Shown: in pieces, positions 28,247 through 38,357 of the stretch
Position numbering within the stretch: position 1 is the first letter of the stretch
How the letters are laid out: every line of letters begins with the position of its first letter
DNA from: Actinomycetota bacterium
GTDB taxonomy: Bacteria; Actinomycetota; AC-67
DNA: 64,000 nt
NCBI GenBank assembly: GCA_040905475.1
Contig: JBBDRM010000085.1
Coordinates: forward strand, 3,959-67,958
Reading direction: 5' to 3'
Notes under the pieces: generated by a model
What the model saw: the letters and a program-made list of their open reading frames with translations, nothing else
Told to the model about the DNA's origin: nothing
Database searches by the model: none
Translations under genes and position numbers: made by a program

Positions 28247-29446
28247 ATGGACCTGACGCCGCTCGCGATCCGCGACGCGACCACGAAGATCCTGCTCGTC
28301 GTCATGGACGGACTGGGCGGCTACGCGGACGCCGAGCACGACACCGAGCTGGAAGAGGCGCTCACCCCTCACCTCGACGCGCTCGCGGCCGAGGGGATCA
28401 CCGGCCTCGTCGAGCCGGTCGGGCCCGGCATCACGCCCGGCTCGGGGCCCGGCCACCTGGCGCTTTTCGGATACGACCCCGAAGAGTTCGAGCTCGGACG
28501 CGGCGCGCTCAGCGCCGCCGGTCTGGAGTTCGACCTCAAACCGGGCGACGTCGCGGCGCGGGGCAACTTCGCAACGATCGCGCCCGACGGGACGATCATC
28601 GACCGGCGCGCCGCTCGCATCCCCGATCCCGAGGCGTCCGTGATCGTCGAGCGTCTCCAGCGCGAGGTGAAGCTCGGCGACGGGGTGGAGGTGTTCTTCG
28701 TCCCCGAGCGCGAGCACCGCGTGCTCGTGGTCCTGCGCGGCGAGGGCCTCGATCCCCGCATAACCGACACCGACCCACAGCGGATCGGCGTTCACCCGCT
28801 CGTATCGATGGCCGCCGAGCCGTCCGCGGATCGCACCGCCGAGTTGATCAACGAGCTGTCGAACCAGGTGCGCGACCTCCTCAGTGGTGGATCGAAAGCC
28901 AACGCGCTTCTGTTGCGCGGATCCGACTCGCTGCGCGAGATGCCGTCGTTCGACGATCGGTACGGGCTGCGCGCGGCCGCCATCGCGATCTATCCGATGT
29001 ACCGCGGGATCGCGAGGATCCTCGGGATGGACGTCCTGGCGCGAACGAAGGATCTCGCCGAGCAGATCGCGGTCGCTCGCGAGGCGTGGGATCGATACGA
29101 CTACTTCTTCCTGCATCACAAGTACACGGACTCCGCGGGAGAAGACGGCGATCGGCGACGCAAGATCGCGGCGATCGAGGACCTCGACCACGTCGTACCG
29201 GAGCTTCGCTCGCTGAACCCCGACGTGATCGTCATCTCCGGGGACCACGCGACGCCGACGCAGATGGCCGCGCACTCGTGGCATCCGGTGCCGACGCTGC
29301 TCTGGTCGACGAAGGGACAGCGCGACGAGGTCGACCGGTTCGGTGAGCGTTGGTGCGCGCGGGGCGCCCTCGGCACCCGCCCGACGAAGACGCTCATGCC
29401 GGTGATGCTCGCGCACGCCGGGCGCCTGCGGAAGTACGGGGCCTAG
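28247..29446 (+). CDS. apgM: 2,3-bisphosphoglycerate-independent phosphoglycerate mutase, archaeal type (ApgM-like, alkaline-phosphatase superfamily).
   Basis: N-terminal ILLVVMDGLGG and C-terminal VISGDHATP metal-binding motifs. About 400 aa. Confidence 0.7.
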   Translation: MDLTPLAIRDATTKILLVVMDGLGGYADAEHDTELEEALTPHLDALAAEGITGLVEPVGPGITPGSGPGHLALFGYDPEEFELGRGALSAAGLEFDLKPGDVAARGNFATIAPDGTIIDRRAARIPDPEASVIVERLQREVKLGDGVEVFFVPEREHRVLVVLRGEGLDPRITDTDPQRIGVHPLVSMAAEPSADRTAELINELSNQVRDLLSGGSKANALLLRGSDSLREMPSFDDRYGLRAAAIAIYPMYRGIARILGMDVLARTKDLAEQIAVAREAWDRYDYFFLHHKYTDSAGEDGDRRRKIAAIEDLDHVVPELRSLNPDVIVISGDHATPTQMAAHSWHPVPTLLWSTKGQRDEVDRFGERWCARGALGTRPTKTLMPVMLAHAGRLRKYGA

Positions 29447-30660
29447 CGCACCATCCCCGGTATCCGGAGCTTCCCACCCGGCGGCACCAGCCAGGCGAAC
29501 AACGCGTAGCCCAGCGCGGGGAACAGCGCGAACGCCGAGGCCGGGCCCGGCCCGACCAGGACCGCCAGTCCGCCGCCGGCGATGCTCGCCAGTGCCTGCC
29601 CGCCGAGCAGCATGCCTTGCAGCAGTCCGAATGCGGTCGCGCGGATGTCCGCGGGCAATCGCGTGCCGACGACGGCGTACGCGGGGATCACCATGGCGAA
29701 CACGACTCCGATCGAGAAGTACCCGGCGGCCGCCCAGTAGTTCGGCGGCTCGATCAGGAACCACAGGATGCCTCCGGCGGTTCCCAGCATGATGACGAGC
29801 GCCGAGGTTCGGAGCAGATCATCCGGCTCGCCCTGGCGGCGCACGAGAACCGACGCGAGGATCGTGCCCACCGGCACCGTCGCGGCCAGGATCCCGATCG
29901 CCGCGTCGCCGTAGCCGCTCAGGTTCTCCCGCACGTACACCACGACGAGCGCTTCCGCGACGATCGCGCACGAGGCACCCACGGTCGCGAGGCCGGCCGC
30001 GCGCCGCAGATACGGGTCGCCCAAGATCGTTCGTGCGCCGGCCTTGAGGCTCGCCCCCACCGAAACGATGGGCCGGCCGACGCGACCCCCGGCGAGGAAT
30101 CCGAGCAACAGAGCCGAAAGCCCGAAGGTCGCCGCGTTGACAACGAGCGCGCCCTCCGCGCCGACGGCGACGACGAGCCCTCCGCCGGCTGTGTATCCGA
30201 GCACGAGCACCACCTGATAGGTGATGTTGCTCAACGCGAGCGCATCGCCGTAGTGCTCCTCGGAGACGACCTCGGGTAAGAAGGCCGCCCGGGCGGCCTC
30301 GAACGGAGGCGTCGCGGCGGCCCCCAAAAACGCCAGCACCAGCAGGAGCCAGGCGGGTTCGACCGCGAGCATCACGAGGAACATGCCGCCGCGAACCAGA
30401 TCGGCGACGATCATGACCGTTCGGCGGGGGAAGCGGTCGCCGAGCGCGGCCAGCGCCTGGCCGAGCCCCACCCAGGGAAGCAGTCCGACGCCCGTCACCG
30501 CCGCGGTGAGCAGCTTCGAGCCGGTCCGGTTGTGCACGAGGACGGCGAGCGCCACCCGTGCCGCCCAGTCCCCGAGCTCGCTGAGGATCTGCGCCGACCA
30601 CAGCAGCCGGAAGTCGCGATGCTGAAGGGCTCGGAACAGGCTGCCCGTCCTTGCGCTCAT
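29443..30660 (-). CDS. MFS transporter.
   Basis: Twelve TM helices. Start MSARTGSLFRALQHRDFRLLW at 30660. The track 5' extension is Ser/Arg-rich. Confidence 0.65.
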   Translation of the reverse strand: MSARTGSLFRALQHRDFRLLWSAQILSELGDWAARVALAVLVHNRTGSKLLTAAVTGVGLLPWVGLGQALAALGDRFPRRTVMIVADLVRGGMFLVMLAVEPAWLLLVLAFLGAAATPPFEAARAAFLPEVVSEEHYGDALALSNITYQVVLVLGYTAGGGLVVAVGAEGALVVNAATFGLSALLLGFLAGGRVGRPIVSVGASLKAGARTILGDPYLRRAAGLATVGASCAIVAEALVVVYVRENLSGYGDAAIGILAATVPVGTILASVLVRRQGEPDDLLRTSALVIMLGTAGGILWFLIEPPNYWAAAGYFSIGVVFAMVIPAYAVVGTRLPADIRATAFGLLQGMLLGGQALASIAGGGLAVLVGPGPASAFALFPALGYALFAWLVPPGGKLRIPGMVR

Positions 30661-30770
30661 CCCCACGTCTCCCGACCCCGTAGTCGATGGTCGCGGTATC
30701 TTCCCACGGGCGGGGCTACTCCCCCGCGAGGCCGGCAGGGACGCGGAGCGCAGACATCGAAGACTCTCGG

Positions 30771-31685
30771 ATGAAGTCGTCGAGTGTGGCACGGCCGGCC
30801 GTGGTTCTGCTCGTCCTTGCCCTCGTGGCCCCGGGACTCGCCGGTGCCGACCATCCGCTGGGCAACATCCCCTGGAGCACCCTGCTACCGCCGCACCCCG
30901 GCGTGACCGCGCCCGCAGACCCCGCGATCCCTTGCGGCGAGCACCCGACGCCGGCGTGCGTCGATCAGGTCATCGACGACATGGTCGTGAACTGGGAACC
31001 ATGGGACGCGTCGTGCGACCCGCGCGCGGTGTTCGCGCTCACCTACCTGCTCACCACCGAGGCGTTCCGCGAGACGATCGAGGACACGGGCTTCTTCCAG
31101 GACAACGACGGCATCATCAACCTCGATCGCGTGTTCGCGGACCTCTTCTTCGCGGCCGTCGACGGCTATGAGAACGGAACCGCCCCGCCGGCATGGAAGG
31201 TCGCGTTCGATGCGGCGACGAGCGGACGCACGAACGCGGTGCAGGATGTCTTCCTCGGCATGAACGCCCACATCCAGCGCGACCTCCCGGTGGCGCTCGC
31301 CGCGGTCGGTCTCGTCCAAGCCGACGGAGCCAGCCGGAAGTCCGATCACGACGCCGTGAACGAGATCCTTTCCGATGTCCTCGACCACATCGAGGACGAG
31401 ATCGGCCGGCTCTACGATCCGATGGTCGCGCTCGCCGACGCGAAACCATCGCCGGTGGACGAGGTGGGAGCCCTCGAGCTGCTCAAGTCATGGCGCGAGG
31501 GCGCGTGGCGGAACGCCGAGCGTCTCACGCTGGCCCGCTCGAACGCAGAGCGAAACGTGGTGATGGCGCAGATCGAGGCCTACTCGACGATCTGGGCGAC
31601 GGTCATCGCGGGCCCGGACTTCAGCTGGTACGAGGCCCGGCGCTTCGCGTACTGCACGGCGGCCCACCAAGCGACGCAGCCGTAG
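30771..31685 (+). CDS. Secreted hypothetical protein.
   Basis: Start MKSSSVARPAVVLLVLALVAPGLAG (signal peptide). Conserved-looking NAHIQRDLP motif. No function assigned. Confidence 0.45.
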   Translation: MKSSSVARPAVVLLVLALVAPGLAGADHPLGNIPWSTLLPPHPGVTAPADPAIPCGEHPTPACVDQVIDDMVVNWEPWDASCDPRAVFALTYLLTTEAFRETIEDTGFFQDNDGIINLDRVFADLFFAAVDGYENGTAPPAWKVAFDAATSGRTNAVQDVFLGMNAHIQRDLPVALAAVGLVQADGASRKSDHDAVNEILSDVLDHIEDEIGRLYDPMVALADAKPSPVDEVGALELLKSWREGAWRNAERLTLARSNAERNVVMAQIEAYSTIWATVIAGPDFSWYEARRFAYCTAAHQATQP

Positions 31686-31724
31686 CGAGCGCGCGTTACG
31701 GCGGGTCCCTGCTTCTCGCGTCGC

Positions 31725-31994
31725 CTAGTTGCTCCAGGTCGACAGCGGCCCGGCCTCGAGCGCGAACGCTGCTTCCCAGACCGCCGCAAGGGCGAGCGGC
31801 CCGATCGAGCCGAGCTCGGCGAGGCGGTCCGTTGCGCTCGGTCCGTATCCCGAATCCGCGATCGTGGTCAGATTCAGGGAGCGCGACGAGACCGCGGGGT
31901 AGGTCCTGGCAGCCGGAGCGAAGGGCTCACCTTGGTAGGAGACGTTGCGCGGCGCGCGGGTGCGGAGCGCCTTCGGTTCCTTCTGCGATCCCAT
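31725..31994 (-). CDS. Possible small protein (89 aa).
   Basis: Third-position GC is about 85%. A GGAGGA RBS lies 4 nt upstream of the ATG. No homology recognised. Confidence 0.3.
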   Translation of the reverse strand: MGSQKEPKALRTRAPRNVSYQGEPFAPAARTYPAVSSRSLNLTTIADSGYGPSATDRLAELGSIGPLALAAVWEAAFALEAGPLSTWSN

Positions 31995-32250
31995 CCGGTC
32001 CTCCGTCGATCCTCGTCGTCCCGGTCGCCCCCGAAAACTGGAGCGAGGCCCCCGTTTCCGGGGGCCTCTCCCTGCAAGGAACCGAGGTCCGGTTCCACCC
32101 CCCGCAGGATGCAGGTACTCCCCCGCTGGTTTCGGAAAGTGCGTGTTGCCTCAGGTATTCCATCGGAAACGAGGGGGCCCTCAACAGTTGCACCTGCTTC
32201 AAACCGAGATGGGACGGATGCACTATTCCGGGGGGTGCTATTCGCCCCCG

Positions 32251-32769
32251 TCAGCCGGTCTGGCGGGCCCGTTCCTCGACCGCGACGCGGAAGGAGCGGA
32301 GGAACGTAGCCATCGTCGCCTCGGTTGCCAGCGATGCGGCCTTCGCGTCCGATAGGTCGATAACGGTGGACGGCAGCGCGTATGAGCCTTCGACCAGCAT
32401 CTCGCACGCGCGGGCCGAGACGCGCCTGACCACGATCCGCCCGGCGTAAGACGACGGAACCCAATGGAAGCCTGCGGTACGCCAGCGCAACGGTACGACG
32501 AGCTCGTCCCGGTCATCACCCGGAACCGCCGGAAGGAGGTCGACCGTGAGCTGCCGGCTCCCCGGGCGCGAGGTCAGGCGAAGGGAGCGTCCGGCGGCCG
32601 CCTCCCCCGCGTGGGTGGCGATCCGCAGGAATGCCACGACCCAGTCGGCCGGCCTGACGGACAAGAGCTCCGCCAGCTCGTCGAACGGCCTGTCGATCCG
32701 TACGGTCCCCGTTGGCGACATCGTTTCCCCGAAGACGCCCGGTGCCGAGGGCACCGAGTCTCCGACCAT
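32251..32769 (-). CDS. Hypothetical protein.
   Basis: 172-aa ORF with protein-like composition. The start could instead be the internal MSPTGTV. Confidence 0.4.
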   Translation of the reverse strand: MVGDSVPSAPGVFGETMSPTGTVRIDRPFDELAELLSVRPADWVVAFLRIATHAGEAAAGRSLRLTSRPGSRQLTVDLLPAVPGDDRDELVVPLRWRTAGFHWVPSSYAGRIVVRRVSARACEMLVEGSYALPSTVIDLSDAKAASLATEATMATFLRSFRVAVEERARQTG

Positions 32770-32829
32770 TGACGCACCCGCGGCCGGGGGCGGCCAGATT
32801 CAGACGCACTATCCGGGGCTAGTACAGAT

Positions 32830-33480
32830 TCAGGCTTGGCGGAGGATGCCCTCACGCACCGCGGTCGCGACCGCCTCGAGCTTGGAGTGAGCGCCCAGTT
32901 TGCCGATCACGTTCTGCACATGGTTGCGCACCGTGTGCAGGCTCAGGACCAAGCGTTCCGCGATCGCCGCGTTCGACAAGCCTTCTGCGAGGAATCTCAA
33001 GATCTCCATCTCGCGGGGGGTCAGATCCACGCCGTGGCCCTGCTCCTTGCGACGGAGGCGAGGCAGGAGCCGCGCCAGCATCGAGGGCGAGATGAGCGCT
33101 TCACCCGAGTGGGCGGCGCGCACGGCGCTCTCGACTTCACCGATCGCCTTGTGCTTGGTGATGAAGCCCGAGCACCCGGCCTCGATCGCGCGAACCAGCA
33201 CCGCCTCGTCGTCGAAGGAAGTGACCATGACGACCTGCACCGACGGAACCTCGGCCTTGATACGTTCCGTCGCCAGCACGCCGTCACCGTCGGGAAGCTC
33301 GTAATCCATGAGGACCACATCGGGCGCGTGCATGCGAACCGCTGCGCACCCCTCTTCAACGGTTCCGGCCGAGGCGATCACTTCGATATCGGACTCGGCC
33401 CCAAGGGCGGCTCGAAGTCCCTGTACGAGCATCTCGTGATCGTCGACGATGACGACGCGGATCGGCAGAGTGGTTTCCAT
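32830..33480 (-). CDS. NarL/LuxR-family response regulator.
   Basis: Start METTLPIRVVIVDDHEMLVQGL holds the receiver Asp pocket. The C-terminal LuxR helix-turn-helix is LTPREMEILRFLAEGLSNAAIAERL. Confidence 0.8.
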   Translation of the reverse strand: METTLPIRVVIVDDHEMLVQGLRAALGAESDIEVIASAGTVEEGCAAVRMHAPDVVLMDYELPDGDGVLATERIKAEVPSVQVVMVTSFDDEAVLVRAIEAGCSGFITKHKAIGEVESAVRAAHSGEALISPSMLARLLPRLRRKEQGHGVDLTPREMEILRFLAEGLSNAAIAERLVLSLHTVRNHVQNVIGKLGAHSKLEAVATAVREGILRQA

Positions 33481-33540
33481 CACCTTGTTTCGTTCGGCTC
33501 GCGGAGTGCGCGAGCGTAGCAGCGGAGAGGCCGCTCTCGG

Positions 33541-35283
33541 TTGCTGAACGGAAAAACCATAGACGAACGGTACACTCTGCGCGTGGTTCCCCCCACACCG
33601 CAAGCTGCCGCCTCCCCCTCGCAGCTGCGGCTCCGCCTCTTGCTGCTCGTTCTGCTTGCGGTGTTGCCCGCGCTGTTGCTCGTCGGGATCAGCGCGATCC
33701 GCAATCGGAACACGCTCGCGGAACAGGTCGAGGAGAACGCGCTTCGGGTTGCCCGTTTGTCGGCAGCCGGCCACGAGGCGGCGATCGAAGGCGCGCGACA
33801 GTTCCTCACCGCGCTCGCGCGTGTCCCGGAGGTGCGGTCGGGCAGCGCATCACGTTGCGAAGCGCTCGTGCGGGACCTCCTCGTGCAGTTCCCGGATTAT
33901 CTGAACTTCGGGCTTGCCGATCTTCCCGACGGCGAGCTCACGTGCAGCGCGGTCCCGGCTCGATCGACCGTGACCGTGAAGGATCGAGCCTATTTCCAGC
34001 GCGCGGTTCAGACAGGTGGGTTCGCCGTCGGCGACTTCCTGATCGGCCGGGTCACCGGACAACCGGCGCTGACGTTCGGGATCCCGGTGCTCGACGACCG
34101 GGGTGGCCCGCGCGCGATCGCGTTCGCGGCGATCTCACTTCAGGTCTTCGAAGACGTCGCCACGAAAGCCGCCTTGCCCGAGGGATCGTCGGTCGTCGTT
34201 GTCGATGGCAAAGGGACCGTTCTCGCGCGCGTTCCCGACCCGCTCGGGCTCGTCGGCAAGACCCTCCCGGAGGAAGCGCTCGTGAAAGCGGTTCTCGCGC
34301 GTCCGCAGGGCACGGTCGAGGTGGCCAGCTTCGACGGCGTGCGCCGGCTCTACGGATTCACGCGCCTGCAGGGCGGCGGTGACGTGTCCGTCGCCGTGGG
34401 CATCTCGAGCGCGGCGGCGTTCGCCGACGTGGATCGCACGTTCTGGTTCGGCGTGACCGGGCTCGCGCTGGTCGGGATCCTGGCAATGATCGCGGCGTGG
34501 TTCTTCGGGAGGGCGTTCGTCGTCCGTCCGGTTACGTCCGCTCTGCGAGGTGAGCGGCAAGCCGTCGAGCGTCTCGAGCAGGTCGATCAGATGCGGACGG
34601 ATTTCGTCTCGATGGTCTCCCACGAGCTTCGCAATCCGCTCGCCACCGTTCGAGGGTTCGGCCAGTTGCTCCGGGATCGGCCCGAGTCGCTCCCCGACGA
34701 GCAACGACATCAAGCCTACGAGGTGATCGTGCGGCAAGTGGACCGCATGGCGTCCCTGATCGACAACGTCCTCGACGTGTCGCGCCTCGAGTCCGACACG
34801 TTCTCCTACGCGTTCGTTGCTTACGAACCGGCGCGACTCCTCGATGAAAGCGCGGAGGAGGCTCGCGGCGCCTGGCGGCAGCACCAGCTCGTCGTCGACT
34901 CGCCCGACGGTCTTCCGACCGCGAAGGGCGACTCCGACCGCTTGAAGCAGGTGCTCCTGAACCTCGTGTCCAACGCCTGCCGCTACTCGGCAGAAGGAAC
35001 CACGGTGACGCTACGCGCGCGGAGCGTCGGCACGAACGTGCGCATCGACGTCGTCGACGAAGGACCCGGCATACCTGCCGAGAGCCTCGCGCTGCTTTTC
35101 CACCGGTTCGCGCGGCTGCGGACTCCAGACGCGCAAAACGTACGCGGCACCGGGCTCGGGCTCTACATCAGCCGTCGCATCGTCGAGGCGCACGGCGGAC
35201 ACATCACGGTCGAGAGCGAGCCGGGCCGCGGGTCGACCTTCTCGGTCGAGGTTCCTATCGACCCACCGCAGCCGGGAACCTAG
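33541..35283 (+). CDS. Sensor histidine kinase with a periplasmic Cache-like domain.
   Basis: Two TM helices flank an extracytoplasmic domain. HisKA H-box SHELRNPL. HATPase motifs DEGPGIP and GTGLGL. Confidence 0.75.
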   Translation: MLNGKTIDERYTLRVVPPTPQAAASPSQLRLRLLLLVLLAVLPALLLVGISAIRNRNTLAEQVEENALRVARLSAAGHEAAIEGARQFLTALARVPEVRSGSASRCEALVRDLLVQFPDYLNFGLADLPDGELTCSAVPARSTVTVKDRAYFQRAVQTGGFAVGDFLIGRVTGQPALTFGIPVLDDRGGPRAIAFAAISLQVFEDVATKAALPEGSSVVVVDGKGTVLARVPDPLGLVGKTLPEEALVKAVLARPQGTVEVASFDGVRRLYGFTRLQGGGDVSVAVGISSAAAFADVDRTFWFGVTGLALVGILAMIAAWFFGRAFVVRPVTSALRGERQAVERLEQVDQMRTDFVSMVSHELRNPLATVRGFGQLLRDRPESLPDEQRHQAYEVIVRQVDRMASLIDNVLDVSRLESDTFSYAFVAYEPARLLDESAEEARGAWRQHQLVVDSPDGLPTAKGDSDRLKQVLLNLVSNACRYSAEGTTVTLRARSVGTNVRIDVVDEGPGIPAESLALLFHRFARLRTPDAQNVRGTGLGLYISRRIVEAHGGHITVESEPGRGSTFSVEVPIDPPQPGT

Positions 35284-36080
35284 CGACGCTTCCTACGTTT
35301 CGGAGCCGGCCGCGGATCCGGGGCCGGGCCGCCTTTCGCCCGGGCCGCCTGCCGCCGATCGCGACGCGGCGCGCGCGAGAGCTTGCGTTCGCGTATCCGC
35401 CCTGCAGCGAACCATCCCGCGCCGATCGCCACCACCGAAGCGCCGGCCGACACCCAAACCCACGGGAACGGCTTCGCGTGGATGGTCTGCGCGGCGACGA
35501 ACACACCCAAGGCGTTGGTTTCGCCGAACACCTGGAGGCTCGCGGCGACGGGCTGCGCGCTGATCTCGATCCAGCCCTCGCCCTCCTGGTGACGAAGCAG
35601 CCGGGTTCCTCCGAGCGCCGAGCGGAGTATCACCGTGCCAGGATTGGCGAGCGCGGCAGGGGCGCCTTCCTTGGCGTAGGTCGCCGTGATCCGGTACGCG
35701 TTGCCGTCGTAACGCACTCCCTCCGGAGGCTCGCCGAACGTGGCCGGATCGAGTGGCCGGATCTCGACCAGCACCGCGATCTCCCCGAGCCGCGGCGTGA
35801 ATGAGCCCTCCCGCAGGGCGATCACCGCTTGACCCTCCGGTGTGATGACCTGGGCGGCCACCGTCCCGATATCGGTCATGGCGGCTTCTTGTTTCGTCCC
35901 CTCCGGCGGGATGTTGCCGGTCGCGAACTCCGGAGGCGGCTTGACCCAGCGGTAGGGTTCGATGGGGAGCGGGCCGCTGTCGTACAGGGGCAGGACCGGA
36001 CCGTTCCCGGCAAGTCCGATCGCGATCACGAGGTAGGCTCCCACTGCGAGGAGCCCCCAGACGAGCCGGCGGGCCCTCAC
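35280..36080 (-). CDS. Membrane-anchored protein: N-terminal TM, extracytoplasmic domain, C-terminal TM and a basic tail.
   Basis: GTG start at 36080 overlaps the stop of the CPBP gene (GTGA). The track 5' extension to 36437 overlaps the CPBP gene. Confidence 0.45.
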   Translation of the reverse strand: MRARRLVWGLLAVGAYLVIAIGLAGNGPVLPLYDSGPLPIEPYRWVKPPPEFATGNIPPEGTKQEAAMTDIGTVAAQVITPEGQAVIALREGSFTPRLGEIAVLVEIRPLDPATFGEPPEGVRYDGNAYRITATYAKEGAPAALANPGTVILRSALGGTRLLRHQEGEGWIEISAQPVAASLQVFGETNALGVFVAAQTIHAKPFPWVWVSAGASVVAIGAGWFAAGRIRERKLSRAPRRDRRQAARAKGGPAPDPRPAPKRRKRR

Positions 36081-36652
36081 AACAACATCAAAACGTTGGC
36101 CGCCGCGTGGGTCACGGCCGGGGCCGTCCACGATCCGGTCGCCCAGCGTTGCCATCCCAAGAGGGATCCGGCGGCAAGATCCACCGGCACGGCTCGCCAT
36201 CCCCAGAAGGTCACGTGCACGATGGCGAACCCGAACGAAGAGCCGGCGAGGGCGAAGGGAACTCCCCAACGCAAGAGCGTCGCGTAGACGAAGCGGCGGA
36301 AGAACGCCTCCTCCGCGACGGCCGCGACGATCGCGGAGCCCAGGAGTACCGCTCCGGGCGGCGGAATGAGGCTCCCGCCCAGCGCACCTCGCGCGATCGC
36401 GAAAGCACCGACCCCGAGCGCGACCGTTGCGCACCATAGGCGCGCGTTTGGCCCGGAGGTGCGTTCGATCGCCAAAGGATGAAGCGCTCCGGCGAGGCCC
36501 ACCACGATCGTGATCGCGGCGAACGCCGGCGAAACCGGGCGCGAGACGAGCGCGATGCAGCCGGCCACGACCGTCAACGCGGCGAGCGCTTCGGTGGGTG
36601 ATGCGGCGCGCGGCCCAGCCGCGAGGGCCGCGCGCACGGCGCCGACCGTCAT
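36077..36652 (-). CDS. CPBP-family intramembrane metalloprotease (CAAX protease / Abi-like).
   Basis: Motifs VAEEAFFRRFV (EExxxR), FGFAIVHV (FxxxH) and THAAANVL (HxxxN/D). Start MTVGAV at 36652. Confidence 0.7.
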   Translation of the reverse strand: MTVGAVRAALAAGPRAASPTEALAALTVVAGCIALVSRPVSPAFAAITIVVGLAGALHPLAIERTSGPNARLWCATVALGVGAFAIARGALGGSLIPPPGAVLLGSAIVAAVAEEAFFRRFVYATLLRWGVPFALAGSSFGFAIVHVTFWGWRAVPVDLAAGSLLGWQRWATGSWTAPAVTHAAANVLMLL

Positions 36653-37068
36653 GCGGCCGTGAAGGAAACGGCCGCGAGCACGCGCGGACTGAACGGGCCG
36701 TGGTCGGCGGCGACGAACTCCACCTGCAACAGATGTTGTCCCGTCGCCACAGCTTTGATGGTCTCGTCGAGGCTGCCGAGCAGCTGAACGACCCTGCCGT
36801 CCAGCAAGAGATGGATGTGGCCCTCGTCCGGGTTCAGGTTCGTTGAAACCTGCGGGACGATACGGCCGCCGGTCAGCGCGATCCGCACCCGCACGTCGCC
36901 TCCTTGGATGACCGCACCGTTCGCCGGCTCCAGGATCGAAACCGTCGCGGTTGAGCTCAGACGCGCGGACTGAGACGGGGTCGGCGCCGGCTCGGGATCC
37001 GAACTCGGACAGGCGGCAAGACCGGCCAGCAGTCCGGCGGCGAGCGCGAAGAAGAGCGGTCGTCTCAT
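36649..37068 (-). CDS. Lipoprotein (DUF4399-like His-rich fold).
   Basis: Lipobox LAGLAAC. HIHLLLDG motif. ATGA overlap with the CPBP gene. Confidence 0.5.
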   Translation of the reverse strand: MRRPLFFALAAGLLAGLAACPSSDPEPAPTPSQSARLSSTATVSILEPANGAVIQGGDVRVRIALTGGRIVPQVSTNLNPDEGHIHLLLDGRVVQLLGSLDETIKAVATGQHLLQVEFVAADHGPFSPRVLAAVSFTAA

Positions 37069-37319
37069 GGCAACAGTCAGGGAGTCTATCGGCCGGATGG
37101 GTCTTTGGTGGGGTCGTCCTCAGCCTCGTCCCCGGCCCCGTTCTGCGCCTCGACATGCTTGCGGCGCAGCTGAAGAACGAAGAAGAAGACGACGGCCGGC
37201 AGGAGCAGGAACAGGATCTCGTCCCACCCGCCGGCGTGTGCGAGCGGCATCACTCCAACCAGTCTAGAGCGGCGATCTCGGAACGGCGCGGTCACTGCGC
37301 GACGCCTAGACTTCAACTC

Positions 37320-38357
37320 ATGCGCAGCGCCGCTCGCCTCCTGTTCATTGCTTTCCTCCTGGTCGCCGCGTGCAGCGGGGACGAGCCGGTCGCCGGACCG
37401 ACGCCGGCCCCCTCGACGGCGACCCCCACGCCGTCCGGCCCGGCCGCGAGTCCGAGCGCACGGACGCCCCGGTTCCAGGAGTACCGCGTCCCCGCCGGCT
37501 CGCATCCACACGACGTCGCGCCGGCCCCCGACGGCACGGTGTGGTACACGGGACAGAACGTCGGCGAGCTCGGCCGGCTCGACCCGGCCAGCGGGAAGGT
37601 CGACCGCATCGAGCTGGGGGCCGGCTCGCGGCCGCACGGCGTCATCGTCGGACCGGACGGCGCGCCGTGGATCACCGATAGCGGGCTGAACGCGATCGTG
37701 CGCGTCGACCCCGCCACCGAGAAGGTCACGGTCTTCCGTCTGCCCGACTCGGCGTCCGACGCCAACCTGAATACGGCGACGTTCGATGCGAACGGCGTCC
37801 TTTGGTTCACCGGTCAGGCCGGCATCTACGGCCGCCTCGACCCGGCGACGAAAGCCATGAAGGTCTTCGACGCGCCGCGCGGGCGCGGTCCGTACGGGAT
37901 CGCGACCACGCCGGCCGGCGACGTCTACTACGCGTCGCTCGCGGGAAGCTACGTCGGGAAGATCGACGTGGCGACCGGGAAGGTGACCGTGCTCGAGCCG
38001 CCGACCAAGGGTCAAGGCGCGCGACGTGTCTGGTCGGACTCCGATGGACTGATCTGGGTGGCCGAGTGGAACGCCGAGCGGCTCGGCATGTACGACCCGG
38101 TCGGCAAGGAGTGGCGCGAGTGGAAGCTCCCCGGGAGCGGACCGATGCCGTACGCGATCTACGTGGACGACCGCGACATCGTCTGGCTCACCGACTTCGG
38201 CTCGAACGCCTTCGTCCGCTTCGACCCTGCAACGGAGAAGTTCACGACGTTCAAGCTGCCGAGTGCCGGTTCCTCGGTGCGCCAGCTCCTGGGACGGCCG
38301 GGCGAGGTGTGGGGCGCGGAGTCCGGTAACGACAAGCTCGTCGTGCTCAGGACCTAG
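37320..38357 (+). CDS. Vgb-like (streptogramin-lyase family) beta-propeller lipoprotein.
   Basis: Start MRSAARLLFIAFLLVAAC (lipobox). Repeated ...G-x-W-[FY]T... blade motifs (GTVWYTGQ, GAPWITDS, GVLWFTGQ, DVYYASL, LIWVAEW, IVWLTDF). Confidence 0.55.
   Translation: MRSAARLLFIAFLLVAACSGDEPVAGPTPAPSTATPTPSGPAASPSARTPRFQEYRVPAGSHPHDVAPAPDGTVWYTGQNVGELGRLDPASGKVDRIELGAGSRPHGVIVGPDGAPWITDSGLNAIVRVDPATEKVTVFRLPDSASDANLNTATFDANGVLWFTGQAGIYGRLDPATKAMKVFDAPRGRGPYGIATTPAGDVYYASLAGSYVGKIDVATGKVTVLEPPTKGQGARRVWSDSDGLIWVAEWNAERLGMYDPVGKEWREWKLPGSGPMPYAIYVDDRDIVWLTDFGSNAFVRFDPATEKFTTFKLPSAGSSVRQLLGRPGEVWGAESGNDKLVVLRT

Noticed and set aside
26705-29764. 1019-aa minus-strand ORF antisense to the alkylsulfatase and phosphoglycerate mutase genes.
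   Set aside because: It lies antisense to two genes with clear enzyme motifs. It is Arg/Gly/Asp-rich with no domain signal, a GC-frame artefact.
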